The translations under genes and the position numbers were made by a program. A stretch of DNA of 64,000 bases, taken from assembly GCA_937911265.1 (NCBI GenBank), contig CALDRG010000063.1:5862-69861 (forward strand). The letters run 5' to 3'. Below, one piece after another: positions 30,050-40,423 of the stretch (positions are counted from its first letter, which is position 1; each line of letters starts with the position of its first letter). The notes beneath the pieces are model-generated. The model saw only the letters and a list, made by a program, of their open reading frames with translations. It had not been told where the DNA came from and searched no databases. The DNA is from an uncultured euryarchaeote. GTDB lineage: Archaea; Thermoplasmatota; Poseidoniia; Poseidoniales; Thalassarchaeaceae.

Positions 30050-30826
30050 ATGAAGCGAATGCGTGTAGCAATCACCAGAGGAGTTAGCCCGAACATCGGA
30101 GTCTGCGAGCTGACCTTTCTCGAGCGCGAAGCTATCGATGTCGAAAACGCGCGGGCTCAGCACGGCCTCTACGAAGAGATTCTCAAGGAACTCGGCTGTC
30201 GAGTCGAACACCTTGATGAGGAGCTAGACTTTCCCGATTCGGTGTTCGTCGAGGACATTGCCATCGTGCTTGACGAAATCGCGATTATCACGAGGCCGGG
30301 GGCGCTTTCCCGACGTGGCGAACGTCGTTCGATCGAACGGGCGCTCGCACCCCACCGCTCGCTCAAGCACATCCAGGCGCCCGCGATACTCGATGGAGGG
30401 GACGTCATGGTCGTGGCCAAGAGTATCTACGTCGGCATCTCCACCCGCAGCAACGCCGGGGCCGTGCGCCAGCTGAGGGCGCTGGTCACCGACCATGGCT
30501 ACCGCGTTATGGAGGTCGAGTTCAACGGATGTCTCCACCTGAAGTCAGCGGTGACCGCGGTCTCAGACAACACCCTTCTCATCAATCCTGAGTGGGTCGA
30601 TGCCGGTGCCTTTCCCGAGCATGCCTGCATCTCCGTCGACCCGTCGGAGCCGAGCGCGGCCAATGTCGTCCGCATTGGTAGCACGGTCCTTTTCGCAGCC
30701 GACTTCCCTTGGACCGGCCAGCGCCTCTCTGCCCTAGGCTATGATGCACGGCCCGTAGTCGCCTCGGAACTGGCAAAAGCCGAAGGTGCGCTGACATGCT
30801 GTAGCCTCATCTTTGAGGCGCCGTAG
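30050..30826 (+). CDS. Dimethylarginine dimethylaminohydrolase (amidinotransferase family)
   Basis: PDSVFVED, SRRGE, LDGGDV, HLKS, EGALTCCS (Asp/His/Cys triad). Confidence 0.88.
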   Translation: MKRMRVAITRGVSPNIGVCELTFLEREAIDVENARAQHGLYEEILKELGCRVEHLDEELDFPDSVFVEDIAIVLDEIAIITRPGALSRRGERRSIERALAPHRSLKHIQAPAILDGGDVMVVAKSIYVGISTRSNAGAVRQLRALVTDHGYRVMEVEFNGCLHLKSAVTAVSDNTLLINPEWVDAGAFPEHACISVDPSEPSAANVVRIGSTVLFAADFPWTGQRLSALGYDARPVVASELAKAEGALTCCSLIFEAP

Positions 30827-30860
30827 AAATAGTTACTATCCTGAATTCTGTGTCTCAATG

Positions 30861-31220
30861 TCAAATCCAGACATCATTGGAGGCTGTTAATTCGCCTTCT
30901 GTGCTGCCAGTATTGACGATGTCGCGAGGTTCAACAAGCATGACCTCGCATTCAGTTTCAGCACAGGGTTTGTGATTAACTCCTTTTGGGACCACATACA
31001 TGTCACCCTTACTCAATTCCACAGTCTCGTTCTCAAACTCTATTTTCATCTCACCCTTGATTACGATGAACACCTCATCGGTATCTGTATGATTATGCCA
31101 AATGAAATCGCCCTGAATTTTGACTAATTTGAATTGGTAATCGTTCATCTCTGCGATTACCTTTGGAGACCAGTGTTCTGAAAACAGAGATAGTTTGTCT
31201 TTGAGATTTATTTTTCCCAT
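30861..31220 (-). CDS. Cupin domain protein, low GC (~41%)
   Basis: EHWSPK, WHNHTDTDEVF, VVPKGVNHKP; GC counted by hand as 148/360. Confidence 0.88.
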   Translation of the reverse strand: MGKINLKDKLSLFSEHWSPKVIAEMNDYQFKLVKIQGDFIWHNHTDTDEVFIVIKGEMKIEFENETVELSKGDMYVVPKGVNHKPCAETECEVMLVEPRDIVNTGSTEGELTASNDVWI

Positions 31221-31243
31221 TTTCTCCCTGCCTTGTTATACGA

Positions 31244-34200
31244 TTAATCCTCAAACTCTTCATCCAACTCTCGTGGGTCGAATCCGGACCACGACTCGAT
31301 CATCTCGAGGTCCTTTGAGACCTGCCTCCTGCGGGTGCTCGCGTAGGCTATCCCCACCATTACAGCTAGAGTCATGGCCATAATCAGGAATGGGAGACCT
31401 GTTCCGAACAGCCAGTCGAACATACTCGTGTCCTTGGGCGACTCGATAGGAATGACTTCAACGAGGCCTGGGCTGACCATGTCGCCATCGAGCGCCCACA
31501 CCTCCACCCTCGCGCTACTCCCTGTCAAGGTCCAGACCGATATGTAGGTCCAGATGCCATCACCGGCGAACTGATCGCCCTCCGTACCATCATCCCAGAA
31601 CTCGAGGGATTGCGACACCCCGCCAGCGCGCAGCTCTCCGCGCACGGAGGAGGTGGTGCCGTCGGGGTCTACGAGCCGCACCGTGATGAGGACCGATGTC
31701 GGCTCCTCAAGGTCGATGCTGTTCGGTGAGACCTCGAGCTCATACAACTGCGGCGAGCTTGAGCCGATTGTGAGGTTGATCGAGGCCGAAGATGAGGCGC
31801 CCCTCGAGTCCTTGACCAGCAAGTCGATGCGCACAGGCCCTGGCGGGAAACTCGCAGTATGGACTATCTTGTCGCTCAGCAGCGTTCCGTCATTCAGAAC
31901 CCATTGGTAGAGTACGATGTCGTCATCGTAGTCATGGGAGGCCGAGGCGTTGAGTACCACGGACTCGCCCGGTGGGATGTACTGGCCTTCCGAGAGTCCG
32001 GAGATTCCCGCCACGGGTCCGGTCTCCAGCACCTTGAGTGCCTGTGAGTGGGTGCGCTGCATCCCGTTGGAGTCTATCAGCTCAAAGCGCAGTATGTGCT
32101 CTCCGGCCGGCAGGTAGTCGTTGTACCAGTAGTCCGCCGTCTTGTCCTCAAGTATCGGCTCGGCCATCAGGTCTGAGTACACGCTGACGGTGAAGTCGTC
32201 GCCGTCGGGATCGAACGAGCGACGAAAGTCAAACAGCACAGGCAGATTGGAGTAGACCTCGATATCAGGCATCGGCGAGTCAAGGACGAGGACCGGGGCC
32301 GACTCATCGACCCTGACCATAATCTCAGCCACGTCCGAGGTCCCTGAGCCATCCTCGACAGTCAAGGTGACTTGATGCACGCCCTCCGGCAACCTAGTCT
32401 CTAACACCCATCCGCTACCCATCGGCTCGCTCAACAGATCGCTCTCCCAGAGCACGCTGACTAGATCGGTGCTGAATGCCGCAAAGGGATTGCAAACCAG
32501 CCCACTACCGTTGTCAGGCAGGTCGATGCAAGCAGCGTCCCAGTCCCCCGAGCCAGTGGCATCGAAGACCAGTAGTTCTCCAGAGTCAGTCAGTATCCCG
32601 TCGGACGGGCTGGCAATCAGTGCCACGGGCGGTGAGTTGGATATGCTGAGCTCGGCGGTGGCAGAGTTCCACATGCCTGCATGATTAGGGCGATTGTCGC
32701 TCGCGTACATCGTGATGATGTGGTCTCCTTTCGACAGGGTCCCAATCCACTCGACTGTCGAGTCAGGTGTCACCCCAAAGGCGAGAAGTCCGTCGCGGTC
32801 GCTCCAGAACTCGAACTTGACTCCGTCACCCTCGGGGTCGAAGGTCGCAGTTCCGTCGAGTCGTACGGTTGCCGACGATGTCATGCCCGTGCGAGTGATC
32901 TCTAGGTTTGCCACTGGTATCTCATTGTAGAGCTCGACGTTGAAGGTCCACGAGACGGGGACATTGACGCCGTCCGAGGCGTACACCGTCACCGAGAACT
33001 GGTTGGGTGCGCCCGGGAAGGTGTGGATGATTGTGGCAGGGCACTCTGCATCTCCTGCAGGTGGCTGACCGGTGCCTTGCTCGTAAGAGGCCTCCACCCA
33101 GCAGTGCAGTTCGTCTCCCTCTGGGTCGTATGTGCTGCCTAGATGGATAGTGACGTTGGCAGTGATTCCGAGGTAGAGAGTGCCCCAGGCCGAGATCTGC
33201 GGCGTTGTTCCGACCGAAAGCACTGGGGGCAGGTTGACCAGTTCAATCTCACGGGTCCCCTGCACACATTGGTTCTGGCTGTCGCAGACCTCGAGGGTAA
33301 TCTGATGGACTCCATCTGAGAGACAGACGGCGGCGTTGAGGTTGGCAGTGAACGACGAACCGTTTCCGCCTGGGGGCGAGCCGCACGCGCTCAACAGGTC
33401 GCCGTCGATGCTGCTGGTCCAGCTGTAACTCAATTCGTCGAAGTCAAGGTCCCATGACCGATTGGCGTCGAAGACCACCTGGCCACCGCTGGCATAGACC
33501 GCCTCATGCTCGGGCGAGTCCCACAGGATGAAAGGCGGCTGATTGGACAGCTCAAGACGGCAGAACACCGAGATATCCGCGTCGAGGTCGACTGCTGTAG
33601 TGTCGTTGTGAACGCCATCGTAGTCACAACCGGTGTGGACCGTGTTGACGTCGGACCAGCCCTGCATCGGAGTCCAGCGCTCACCGATGAAGGGGCCGTA
33701 CGAGTATTGTCCTGAGTATGGCAGGGTGCCTGTGTGCTCGGACTCGTACAGGTCGAAGGTGAGGTTGAACTCGGCATGAGGGATGTGTAGCAGGTGCTGG
33801 TTGACGGAATGGACCTCGACCATCCACATCACATCGAGGATGTTGTCCTGTCCAGTGTAGGTCGGTGTGTCGAGATCGTCTGAGGATATCCAACGCAGAT
33901 GGCTGTCGCCCAACATCTCGAAACTATCGGCGAATCCACTGGTGAACCACGAGTCGGTGAAATTGACGAAACTGGAGGTGACGCTTGCCGGAGCGCCGGA
34001 ATAACAAGCCATTGCGACATTGTGGACGAACAACTCGCTGTGATCGACCATGTCGAAACAGGAATCGGTATTGCCGCGGATTACGCTGTTCTCAAGGTAC
34101 GAGATCTCCTGACTACTGGCGTCCCACATCAGGCCGCCATTGTCGCCGTTCATGTCGAGTCCTCGGACCAGACCGTCGACTTCGTCCAGCGTGACTGAGT

Positions 34201-35887
34201 GACCGGTCGAATTGAGGTTGATCTTGATATCATCCATGATGATCGTGCCCTCGTGGTCCATCCCACTGTTGTCGATGTCCAGTGCTGGGGCGTTGACAGA
34301 ATCCCTAATGTCAACTGAGAGCAATTGCAGGTCGATGCTGTCGCGTACCACGAATCCATACTGGTCCTCGATTGATGTGCACTCGAAGCAGGTCGAGTTC
34401 TTGCCGCCGCTCATGACGTCGTTAGACTCGTGGAAGTAGAAACCGGCCCCGAGTTGCGGCAGTGCCGCGCCGAGTCCATTCTGATAGGTCGTCACGTATG
34501 CCAATTCGACATTGCTGGAGTCTCTGACCGAGACACCGTGTCCGCCGTTGCCGGTGCTGATTACCCCGGATAGGTCGGGGTGGAATTCGCGGATATCCAC
34601 CCCGGTAGCCCCATTGTCGGCTATCACCCAATCAGCGCCCTGAGCACCTCCCTTCCACAGTAGTACGCCCGGTCCCGTTGAGTTGCGGACCACTAAGTCA
34701 TTGATGGTAGGGGCCCAGTTGGCGCTGCGCATGAACATGCCAGCCCTGTCGTTGAGAGGAGCTGTGGCGCTCGGCCTGCCGTTCCTCAGCAGATCAATCT
34801 CGTTGAGTATAGTCGAGGAACCAATCATGTAGGCCTTGAAACCGACAACGGCGTTGTCCTCGATTAGCGCGTTAGTGACCTGCACCCCGCTAGTATTGAC
34901 CTCGAATGCGGCGTAAGCAAGCCCAGGTGTCTTGGCCCCCGGTCCTCCCGTCCCCCTCACCTCGAGGTCGTTGAAGACAGCGTTGTGAGGTACGTTGGAG
35001 TACTGGCTGTGGTTGTATTGCTCGACCATGATGCCATAGTACTGGCTGTCTTCCACTGTCATTCCCACAAAGGTCGGTCGAGTGGTCCATCCAGAGGTGA
35101 TGTGGCGCACGAAGATACCGCTGTCACAGCGGCTCACGCTGGAGTCTGATATCAGTGGTATCGAGTCCTCCACCCATATCCCGGCAGCGATAGCAAGGGT
35201 GGAGCCGCTGACATTGGATATCTCTAGATTTGAGATTAGACCGCCCGAGTTGCCCCAGTAGTTCAGTCCACGGGTAATCAGGCCGTCGGCAGTCATGCCA
35301 TCAATGATGGGAGCCGAGTACGCCCCAACGGAAAGTCCGATGCCGTAGCGCCATGAAGTGGAAAATCCGTGGACATCCTGACCGCCGCCGTCTATGATGA
35401 GGTCATTGATTCGTGGCGAGGCCCCGTCGAACAGGTCGACGGCAACCATGTCAGCGTTGATGATCGTGAGGTCGTTCATGGTCGGATCGCTGTCATAGAT
35501 GGTGACGCCGTACTCCGCATCGGTGATTGTGAGATTCTCTATCTTGGAGCCCAGCCCGCTGCTGCTCGAATTGAATACGACGCCGTCGTGATTGCCCAAG
35601 ATGGATTCGAGTAGCACTGGCGCTGTGCTCGTGCCCTGTACGGTGATTCTTCCAGCCACGAGTATGTTCTCATCATCGCCGAGCTGGATGGTTGTTCCAG
35701 ATTGTACTACGAGTATTTCCCCACTCTCAACTGTGTAGCCATCCTGAAGCACCATAGTTCCCGACCACACGGTGGTCGAACGAGACACAGCACCAAACGT
35801 AGCTGGGACCAGTGGAGAGGCTGAAAGCAGCAGCAGGAGAATAAGTGCTACAGCACGCCTGCGAACTGCCGAAACAGATGCTTGCAT
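31244..35887 (-). CDS. Large surface protein: right-handed beta-helix, multiple PKD/Ig-like domains, C-terminal TM anchor
   Basis: Signal peptide; beta-helix periodicity; repeated NxPP, DPxGD and WxSxxDG units; DDGTEGDQFAGDGIW; TM followed by RRR. Confidence 0.82.
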   Translation of the reverse strand: MQASVSAVRRRAVALILLLLLSASPLVPATFGAVSRSTTVWSGTMVLQDGYTVESGEILVVQSGTTIQLGDDENILVAGRITVQGTSTAPVLLESILGNHDGVVFNSSSSGLGSKIENLTITDAEYGVTIYDSDPTMNDLTIINADMVAVDLFDGASPRINDLIIDGGGQDVHGFSTSWRYGIGLSVGAYSAPIIDGMTADGLITRGLNYWGNSGGLISNLEISNVSGSTLAIAAGIWVEDSIPLISDSSVSRCDSGIFVRHITSGWTTRPTFVGMTVEDSQYYGIMVEQYNHSQYSNVPHNAVFNDLEVRGTGGPGAKTPGLAYAAFEVNTSGVQVTNALIEDNAVVGFKAYMIGSSTILNEIDLLRNGRPSATAPLNDRAGMFMRSANWAPTINDLVVRNSTGPGVLLWKGGAQGADWVIADNGATGVDIREFHPDLSGVISTGNGGHGVSVRDSSNVELAYVTTYQNGLGAALPQLGAGFYFHESNDVMSGGKNSTCFECTSIEDQYGFVVRDSIDLQLLSVDIRDSVNAPALDIDNSGMDHEGTIIMDDIKINLNSTGHSVTLDEVDGLVRGLDMNGDNGGLMWDASSQEISYLENSVIRGNTDSCFDMVDHSELFVHNVAMACYSGAPASVTSSFVNFTDSWFTSGFADSFEMLGDSHLRWISSDDLDTPTYTGQDNILDVMWMVEVHSVNQHLLHIPHAEFNLTFDLYESEHTGTLPYSGQYSYGPFIGERWTPMQGWSDVNTVHTGCDYDGVHNDTTAVDLDADISVFCRLELSNQPPFILWDSPEHEAVYASGGQVVFDANRSWDLDFDELSYSWTSSIDGDLLSACGSPPGGNGSSFTANLNAAVCLSDGVHQITLEVCDSQNQCVQGTREIELVNLPPVLSVGTTPQISAWGTLYLGITANVTIHLGSTYDPEGDELHCWVEASYEQGTGQPPAGDAECPATIIHTFPGAPNQFSVTVYASDGVNVPVSWTFNVELYNEIPVANLEITRTGMTSSATVRLDGTATFDPEGDGVKFEFWSDRDGLLAFGVTPDSTVEWIGTLSKGDHIITMYASDNRPNHAGMWNSATAELSISNSPPVALIASPSDGILTDSGELLVFDATGSGDWDAACIDLPDNGSGLVCNPFAAFSTDLVSVLWESDLLSEPMGSGWVLETRLPEGVHQVTLTVEDGSGTSDVAEIMVRVDESAPVLVLDSPMPDIEVYSNLPVLFDFRRSFDPDGDDFTVSVYSDLMAEPILEDKTADYWYNDYLPAGEHILRFELIDSNGMQRTHSQALKVLETGPVAGISGLSEGQYIPPGESVVLNASASHDYDDDIVLYQWVLNDGTLLSDKIVHTASFPPGPVRIDLLVKDSRGASSSASINLTIGSSSPQLYELEVSPNSIDLEEPTSVLITVRLVDPDGTTSSVRGELRAGGVSQSLEFWDDGTEGDQFAGDGIWTYISVWTLTGSSARVEVWALDGDMVSPGLVEVIPIESPKDTSMFDWLFGTGLPFLIMAMTLAVMVGIAYASTRRRQVSKDLEMIESWSGFDPRELDEEFED

Positions 35888-36004
35888 GGCTTAGTCCGCT
35901 CGCTGTCCTCCTGTTATCCCTTACGCACACATGAGCGATGCTGAACTAACATATAGCAGAGGTCATAAACAGCGACCGAGGGCGATGCCCGTCGAGGACT
36001 GAGA

Positions 36005-36238
36005 ATGAGTACTGCCTTCGTTCTGATTAAGGTAGAGCCGGGACTCGAGAAAGATGTGTATCTGGCACTTCTAGAAATTGACAGCATCACAGAGACTCAT
36101 GTTTCCTACGGGGAGTATGATCTGGTGACACGTATTGACTTCGCCGATGAAGGAGAGATGGCCAAGACCCTGATTGGTAAAATGCGCTCAGTGGCTGGAA
36201 TCATCAAGACTGAGACGCTGATTGCGGTGGAGGTGTGA
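36005..36238 (+). CDS. Stand-alone Lrp/AsnC ligand-binding (RAM) domain protein
   Basis: AFVLIKVEPG...YGEYDL...GIIKTETLI; no HTH. Confidence 0.85.
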   Translation: MSTAFVLIKVEPGLEKDVYLALLEIDSITETHVSYGEYDLVTRIDFADEGEMAKTLIGKMRSVAGIIKTETLIAVEV

Positions 36239-36474
36239 GAATGGCTGTCGGATTCGTTCTCATCACGACCGGGGTAGGCTGTGAGATTGCTGTCAGGGAG
36301 GCCGTAGGTGCCATCGAGGGAGTGGTCGGGCAGTGGATTGTCTTCGGACCTCATGACCTATTCGTCAAGATTGAGGCTGATGACGAGGCTGAACTGACTC
36401 GTTGCATCGTTCAGGGAGTCAGGTCAATTCCCGGAATCACCGAGACACGCACCCTCATCGGTGCAGAGATCTAG
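36235..36474 (+). CDS. Second stand-alone Lrp/AsnC ligand-binding (RAM) domain protein
   Basis: GFVLI...FGPHDL...PGITETRTLI; overlaps or abuts the preceding paralog. Confidence 0.85.
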   Translation: MRMAVGFVLITTGVGCEIAVREAVGAIEGVVGQWIVFGPHDLFVKIEADDEAELTRCIVQGVRSIPGITETRTLIGAEI

Positions 36475-38639
36475 ATTGCTCTCGCCATTCTGCCGATGAG
36501 TTCTGTTGCTGCTGCACTGCACTCAGCCATCCTGAACCTGCCTACGGCCTCATTCCAGTGTGACAATCTGCGTTCGGGTTCGAGGACGCCGCGCCAGTAC
36601 CAGCGCTGGGCGCACAGACGGCGGTGCATTGCGAGGTCCTCACGTAGCGGCATGGCGGCAACTGAGGCGTGGGCCTCAACAAGCCAGTCAGGGTGGCTGT
36701 CGGTAGACTCGAGAGTTGCGTGGATGAGGCGAATCCTCTCACTGAGGTCCTCACGCGACTCAATCAGCGACCTAGCTAAGCTGAGTGTCTCTGCTGAGGC
36801 GCTCCCACCGGTCCGCGAAGAGAGGCGCGCACGTAGGTCGAGCACTGCCATGCGAGGGTGTTCGGGACCCATAGCAGATTCAAGGGCGCTGTGCGCCTTC
36901 GCGGCTGCGGAGACATCGTCAATTTCGAGGGCGAGGCCGTGCCTGATGAGGTCGAGGGCGAGGCTGCCGGCGCTGCGCTCTGATTCCGGCAGTGAGGACA
37001 CGTCCACCGCATCTGCGGCTCTAGTCAGCTCTTGCGCTAGTCGGCGGTCGATGCGACCGGGCAACCGGTCGTCGTATCGACGCACTAGGGACGAGATGGC
37101 TGCCTTGGTGTGCTCGGCGGGAGTCATTTCGGCCATCGCACTAGCCTCAATGTCTTCCGCAGACCTCGGATCACCTCGGAGACGAGCCAGCCGAGCGGAG
37201 CGTAGTTTTCTGCCGACACCTACGCTCAGACCATCAATGTGGGACTCGGCTATCTCCGCCTCGCCACGCTCCAGAGCGAGATCGGCGGCGGCCTCCCTGA
37301 TGGACTCGTCCTCGCTTAAACTAACAGCCTGTTCGAGCAGGACCGCTGCTGCAGCGCTGTCCTGCTCGGCTATGGCTTGGATGTGCTCGGAAACCCATTC
37401 GGCGTCGGGCTCTCCAGAGTGAACCATGTGATGGCCCTCCATCCTGCGTGCTCTGGCTCCTTGTCTGGTGGCCCATCTGCCAGCCGCCTGCGCGTGCAGT
37501 GTATTGGACTGTTCATCTGACCAGGAGCCCCGACGGACATTGCGAATCAAGTGGTGGGGCTCGGCCATGACGCCGCTCCACCTCAGTATGGCGGAATCGT
37601 CGAGCTCGTTCGCACCCTCTCCCTCGAAGAGTTCACTGACCAGTAGCGACGAAGGGGAGATGCAGAACTCGTCCAGAGTCTCCGTGCCCTCGTCGCTGAG
37701 TCTGTGCATCACCGTGGACTCGACGTACTCCTGGACAGCCTTGCCGAGCTCTGGTACCTCTTCGCCAGGCAACCACAGGTGGAGAGCGAGTGGGTGGCCA
37801 CCTAGGGCCTCTGCGACGCTTCTAGCAGTAGCGCTGTCGGTGTCGCTCGGGAGCAGTGACCTAGCGTGCTTGAGAGCTAGTCCCTCGAGCTTGAACTCGG
37901 AGAAGCCCTCTGGAAGTCCGAAGGGGCTCGGGGATCTTGACACCGCAAGCACAGAAGAGCTCCCGGGTGATGCCTCGTCAAGCAATTCCGCCATACCTGT
38001 AGCGTGACGTGGATGCAGTTCCTGGGCCTCGTCGAGGACCAGTAGGGTCCTCGGACCGTCCGAAGCGCCAATGATGGCTGAAGAGGAGGAGGGTGCACCC
38101 TCGCCCAGCCACATCTTACCTACACCCGCTGCATCAGTATCGGAGCCACATGAGGCCCATCGCACGGTCCAGCCCATGCTCAGGACCTGCTCTGCGACGG
38201 CGCGGGCGAGACTGGATTTGCCGACACCGGGCAGACCACTCAGGAGCACGTTGGATCCGGCGAGTAGTGAGTCCGAGAGGCTGGTTGCATCTTCGTCCCT
38301 ACCGTGCAGGGAAATCTGCTCAGGCAGGGGGCCAAAGCTGCGTCCTCTGCGAGCCGGCGATGGCTCTTCGAGTTCTGTGATGACCTCGCGGCCAGTATCT
38401 GTAATGTGAACGACTGTGCGACGACGCGAGCCGCCGCCGGTGACGTGAGCTGAGCGGGTCGAGACGTAACCCTCAGCTTCGAGTGAGGAGAGTGGCGCGT
38501 GCAGGGCCGACCTGACTACTCCTAACGACTCTGCGAGACCGGGCAGAGACAACGCCCTAGGCACGTCCCATGCGGCCTCCAGCTCGCCTCCAAACTGCGC
38601 GAGGCGGGATAGGATTCGCGACTGCGCCTCGGAGAGCAT
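36471..38639 (-). CDS. N-terminal wHTH + STAND (NB-ARC-like) NTPase + helical C-terminus
   Basis: HTH (LAESLGVVRSALH), Walker A GLPGVGKS, Walker B LLVLDE, GHPLAL. Confidence 0.75.
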   Translation of the reverse strand: MLSEAQSRILSRLAQFGGELEAAWDVPRALSLPGLAESLGVVRSALHAPLSSLEAEGYVSTRSAHVTGGGSRRRTVVHITDTGREVITELEEPSPARRGRSFGPLPEQISLHGRDEDATSLSDSLLAGSNVLLSGLPGVGKSSLARAVAEQVLSMGWTVRWASCGSDTDAAGVGKMWLGEGAPSSSSAIIGASDGPRTLLVLDEAQELHPRHATGMAELLDEASPGSSSVLAVSRSPSPFGLPEGFSEFKLEGLALKHARSLLPSDTDSATARSVAEALGGHPLALHLWLPGEEVPELGKAVQEYVESTVMHRLSDEGTETLDEFCISPSSLLVSELFEGEGANELDDSAILRWSGVMAEPHHLIRNVRRGSWSDEQSNTLHAQAAGRWATRQGARARRMEGHHMVHSGEPDAEWVSEHIQAIAEQDSAAAAVLLEQAVSLSEDESIREAAADLALERGEAEIAESHIDGLSVGVGRKLRSARLARLRGDPRSAEDIEASAMAEMTPAEHTKAAISSLVRRYDDRLPGRIDRRLAQELTRAADAVDVSSLPESERSAGSLALDLIRHGLALEIDDVSAAAKAHSALESAMGPEHPRMAVLDLRARLSSRTGGSASAETLSLARSLIESREDLSERIRLIHATLESTDSHPDWLVEAHASVAAMPLREDLAMHRRLCAQRWYWRGVLEPERRLSHWNEAVGRFRMAECSAAATELIGRMARAI

Positions 38640-38695
38640 GGCGCCTGAGCGAAGGCACGGGTTCATGGGCGTTCACCTGCAGCGCATCAACCTAC

Positions 38696-40423
38696 ATGGC
38701 GCTCGACCCTACTGGTATTGACTTACCCCGCAAGCCCGGAGTCTACCTATTCCGGAGGGCTGACGAGCGGGTCACCTACGTCGGGAAAGCCACTGACCTA
38801 CGTTCTCGTGTCAAGTCGTACTTCGTACCCAATCCCGATCGGAAGATGGTCCCCCGACTGGTCGAGGACTCGGACCGCGTTGACTTCATTGTTACCAAGA
38901 GTCCGAGTGATGCTCTGATTCTCGAGAGGCAGCTGATTAGGGAACACAAACCTCGCTACAACTCGATGCTGAAGGACGACAAATCGTACCCCTTCATCGC
39001 TCTGACTGACCATGAGCATCCTCGCATCATCTACACACGGCATCCTCCCGAGGGCTCACTCCGATGGGGTCCTTTCGCCGATCCCGGCGCAGCCAAGCGA
39101 GTGATTCAGTTGCTGCGCCGCCACTTCGGCATCCGCGATTGTCCTGAGTTACTGCCGCAAGGTTGCCTAGCGATGCACATCGGGCTGTGCCACGGACCCT
39201 GTATCGATGCGAGGGGGTACGATGAGCGCATTACGGCTGCAATCGGTGTCCTTGACGGTGACGCAGGCGTCCTAATCGAGTCGCTCCAGAATGATATGGA
39301 TGCCCATTCGCTGGCACTGGACTACGAGGCGGCGGCTAGGGCGCGTGACCTAATCGGCTCGGTCCAGAGGACTGTCTCGCAGAGAGTAGTACACAGCAGG
39401 TTCTACCAGGATTGCGACGCCATTGGCTTCGCCTCCAGAGGAGATAACGGAATGGTTGTGGTCCTAAACGCGAAGGACGGCATCGTCCAAGGGCAACTCG
39501 AGTATCCGTTGATTCACAGGGGCGATATTGCCGATTCGGTCGCCTGTGTCCTCGCTGAGCACTACTCGAACACCAAACCTCCGCGCACTGTCCTCGTCCC
39601 TGCGCCTATCGGTGAGTCGATGAGGGCTTGGTTGGTCGAACGGCGCGATGGCGCCGTCGAGGTCAGAGTGCCGCAGCGCGGCGAACTGGCTCTACTGCGC
39701 AGGATGGCTGATCAGAACGCCGAGGTGCAGGTCGAACGCCACCAGAAGAGGCGTTCGGGCAGCCTCGAGCAGGCTGCCGCTGATGATGCAGCGAGACTAC
39801 TCGGAATCGATTCGCTTGACCATATCGTGTGCTTTGACATGGCCCAGTTGCAGGGTGACGAGCGCGTCGGAGCGTCGGTCGTACTGCGCAAAGGCAGACC
39901 GGCGAAAAAGGAGTATCGGACCTACCGAGTCAAGAGCGACGCACCGGACGACCTCAGGATGATGTCTGAGGTGGTTGAGCGATGGTTGAAGCGCCAAGAC
40001 GGCTGGCCCGATCTGCTGCTGCTAGACGGCGGCGAGACTCACCTGTCGAGCATCCTGAGAATGCTGGACGGCCACGGCCTAGCCGGGCGCTTCCCGGTGG
40101 CGGCACTGGCCAAGCGCGAGGAGACGCTACACATGGACGGCCGAGAGGCGCAGATTCTAAGCAAGCACGGTAGGGTTCTCGTCCATGCTCGCGATGAGGC
40201 ACACCGTTTCGTCAACCGCTACCACAGGAAGCGGCGTGGCAAGGGTGCGATAGGCGACCCTCTAGAGGAGATCGATGGACTTGGAGCGAAGAAGATCCAG
40301 GCCCTGCTCCGCCACTTTGGAGGCAGGCGCGGGATAGAACATGCGAGCGTCGGGGAGCTGTGCGAGGCCCCGGGAATAGGCAAGGCGATGGCTGAGCGGG
40401 TCCACGGGCACCTGAACGGCTAG
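38696..40423 (+). CDS. uvrC: Excinuclease ABC subunit C
   Basis: GIY-YIG (PGVY..YVGKA..LRSRV), LKDDKSYP, four-Cys region, LLDGG, RDEAHRF, HhH2. Confidence 0.95.
   Translation: MALDPTGIDLPRKPGVYLFRRADERVTYVGKATDLRSRVKSYFVPNPDRKMVPRLVEDSDRVDFIVTKSPSDALILERQLIREHKPRYNSMLKDDKSYPFIALTDHEHPRIIYTRHPPEGSLRWGPFADPGAAKRVIQLLRRHFGIRDCPELLPQGCLAMHIGLCHGPCIDARGYDERITAAIGVLDGDAGVLIESLQNDMDAHSLALDYEAAARARDLIGSVQRTVSQRVVHSRFYQDCDAIGFASRGDNGMVVVLNAKDGIVQGQLEYPLIHRGDIADSVACVLAEHYSNTKPPRTVLVPAPIGESMRAWLVERRDGAVEVRVPQRGELALLRRMADQNAEVQVERHQKRRSGSLEQAAADDAARLLGIDSLDHIVCFDMAQLQGDERVGASVVLRKGRPAKKEYRTYRVKSDAPDDLRMMSEVVERWLKRQDGWPDLLLLDGGETHLSSILRMLDGHGLAGRFPVAALAKREETLHMDGREAQILSKHGRVLVHARDEAHRFVNRYHRKRRGKGAIGDPLEEIDGLGAKKIQALLRHFGGRRGIEHASVGELCEAPGIGKAMAERVHGHLNG

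Noticed and set aside
36496-38007. Long antisense ORFs (308 aa and 179 aa) and the many other shadow ORFs
   Set aside because: They are Ser/Arg/Ala-rich mirror frames of real genes, expected at this GC content, with no motifs.
38696-40423. Bacterial-type UvrC (and GuaB) in an archaeon
   Set aside because: Well documented in mesophilic euryarchaea; motifs are ordinary.
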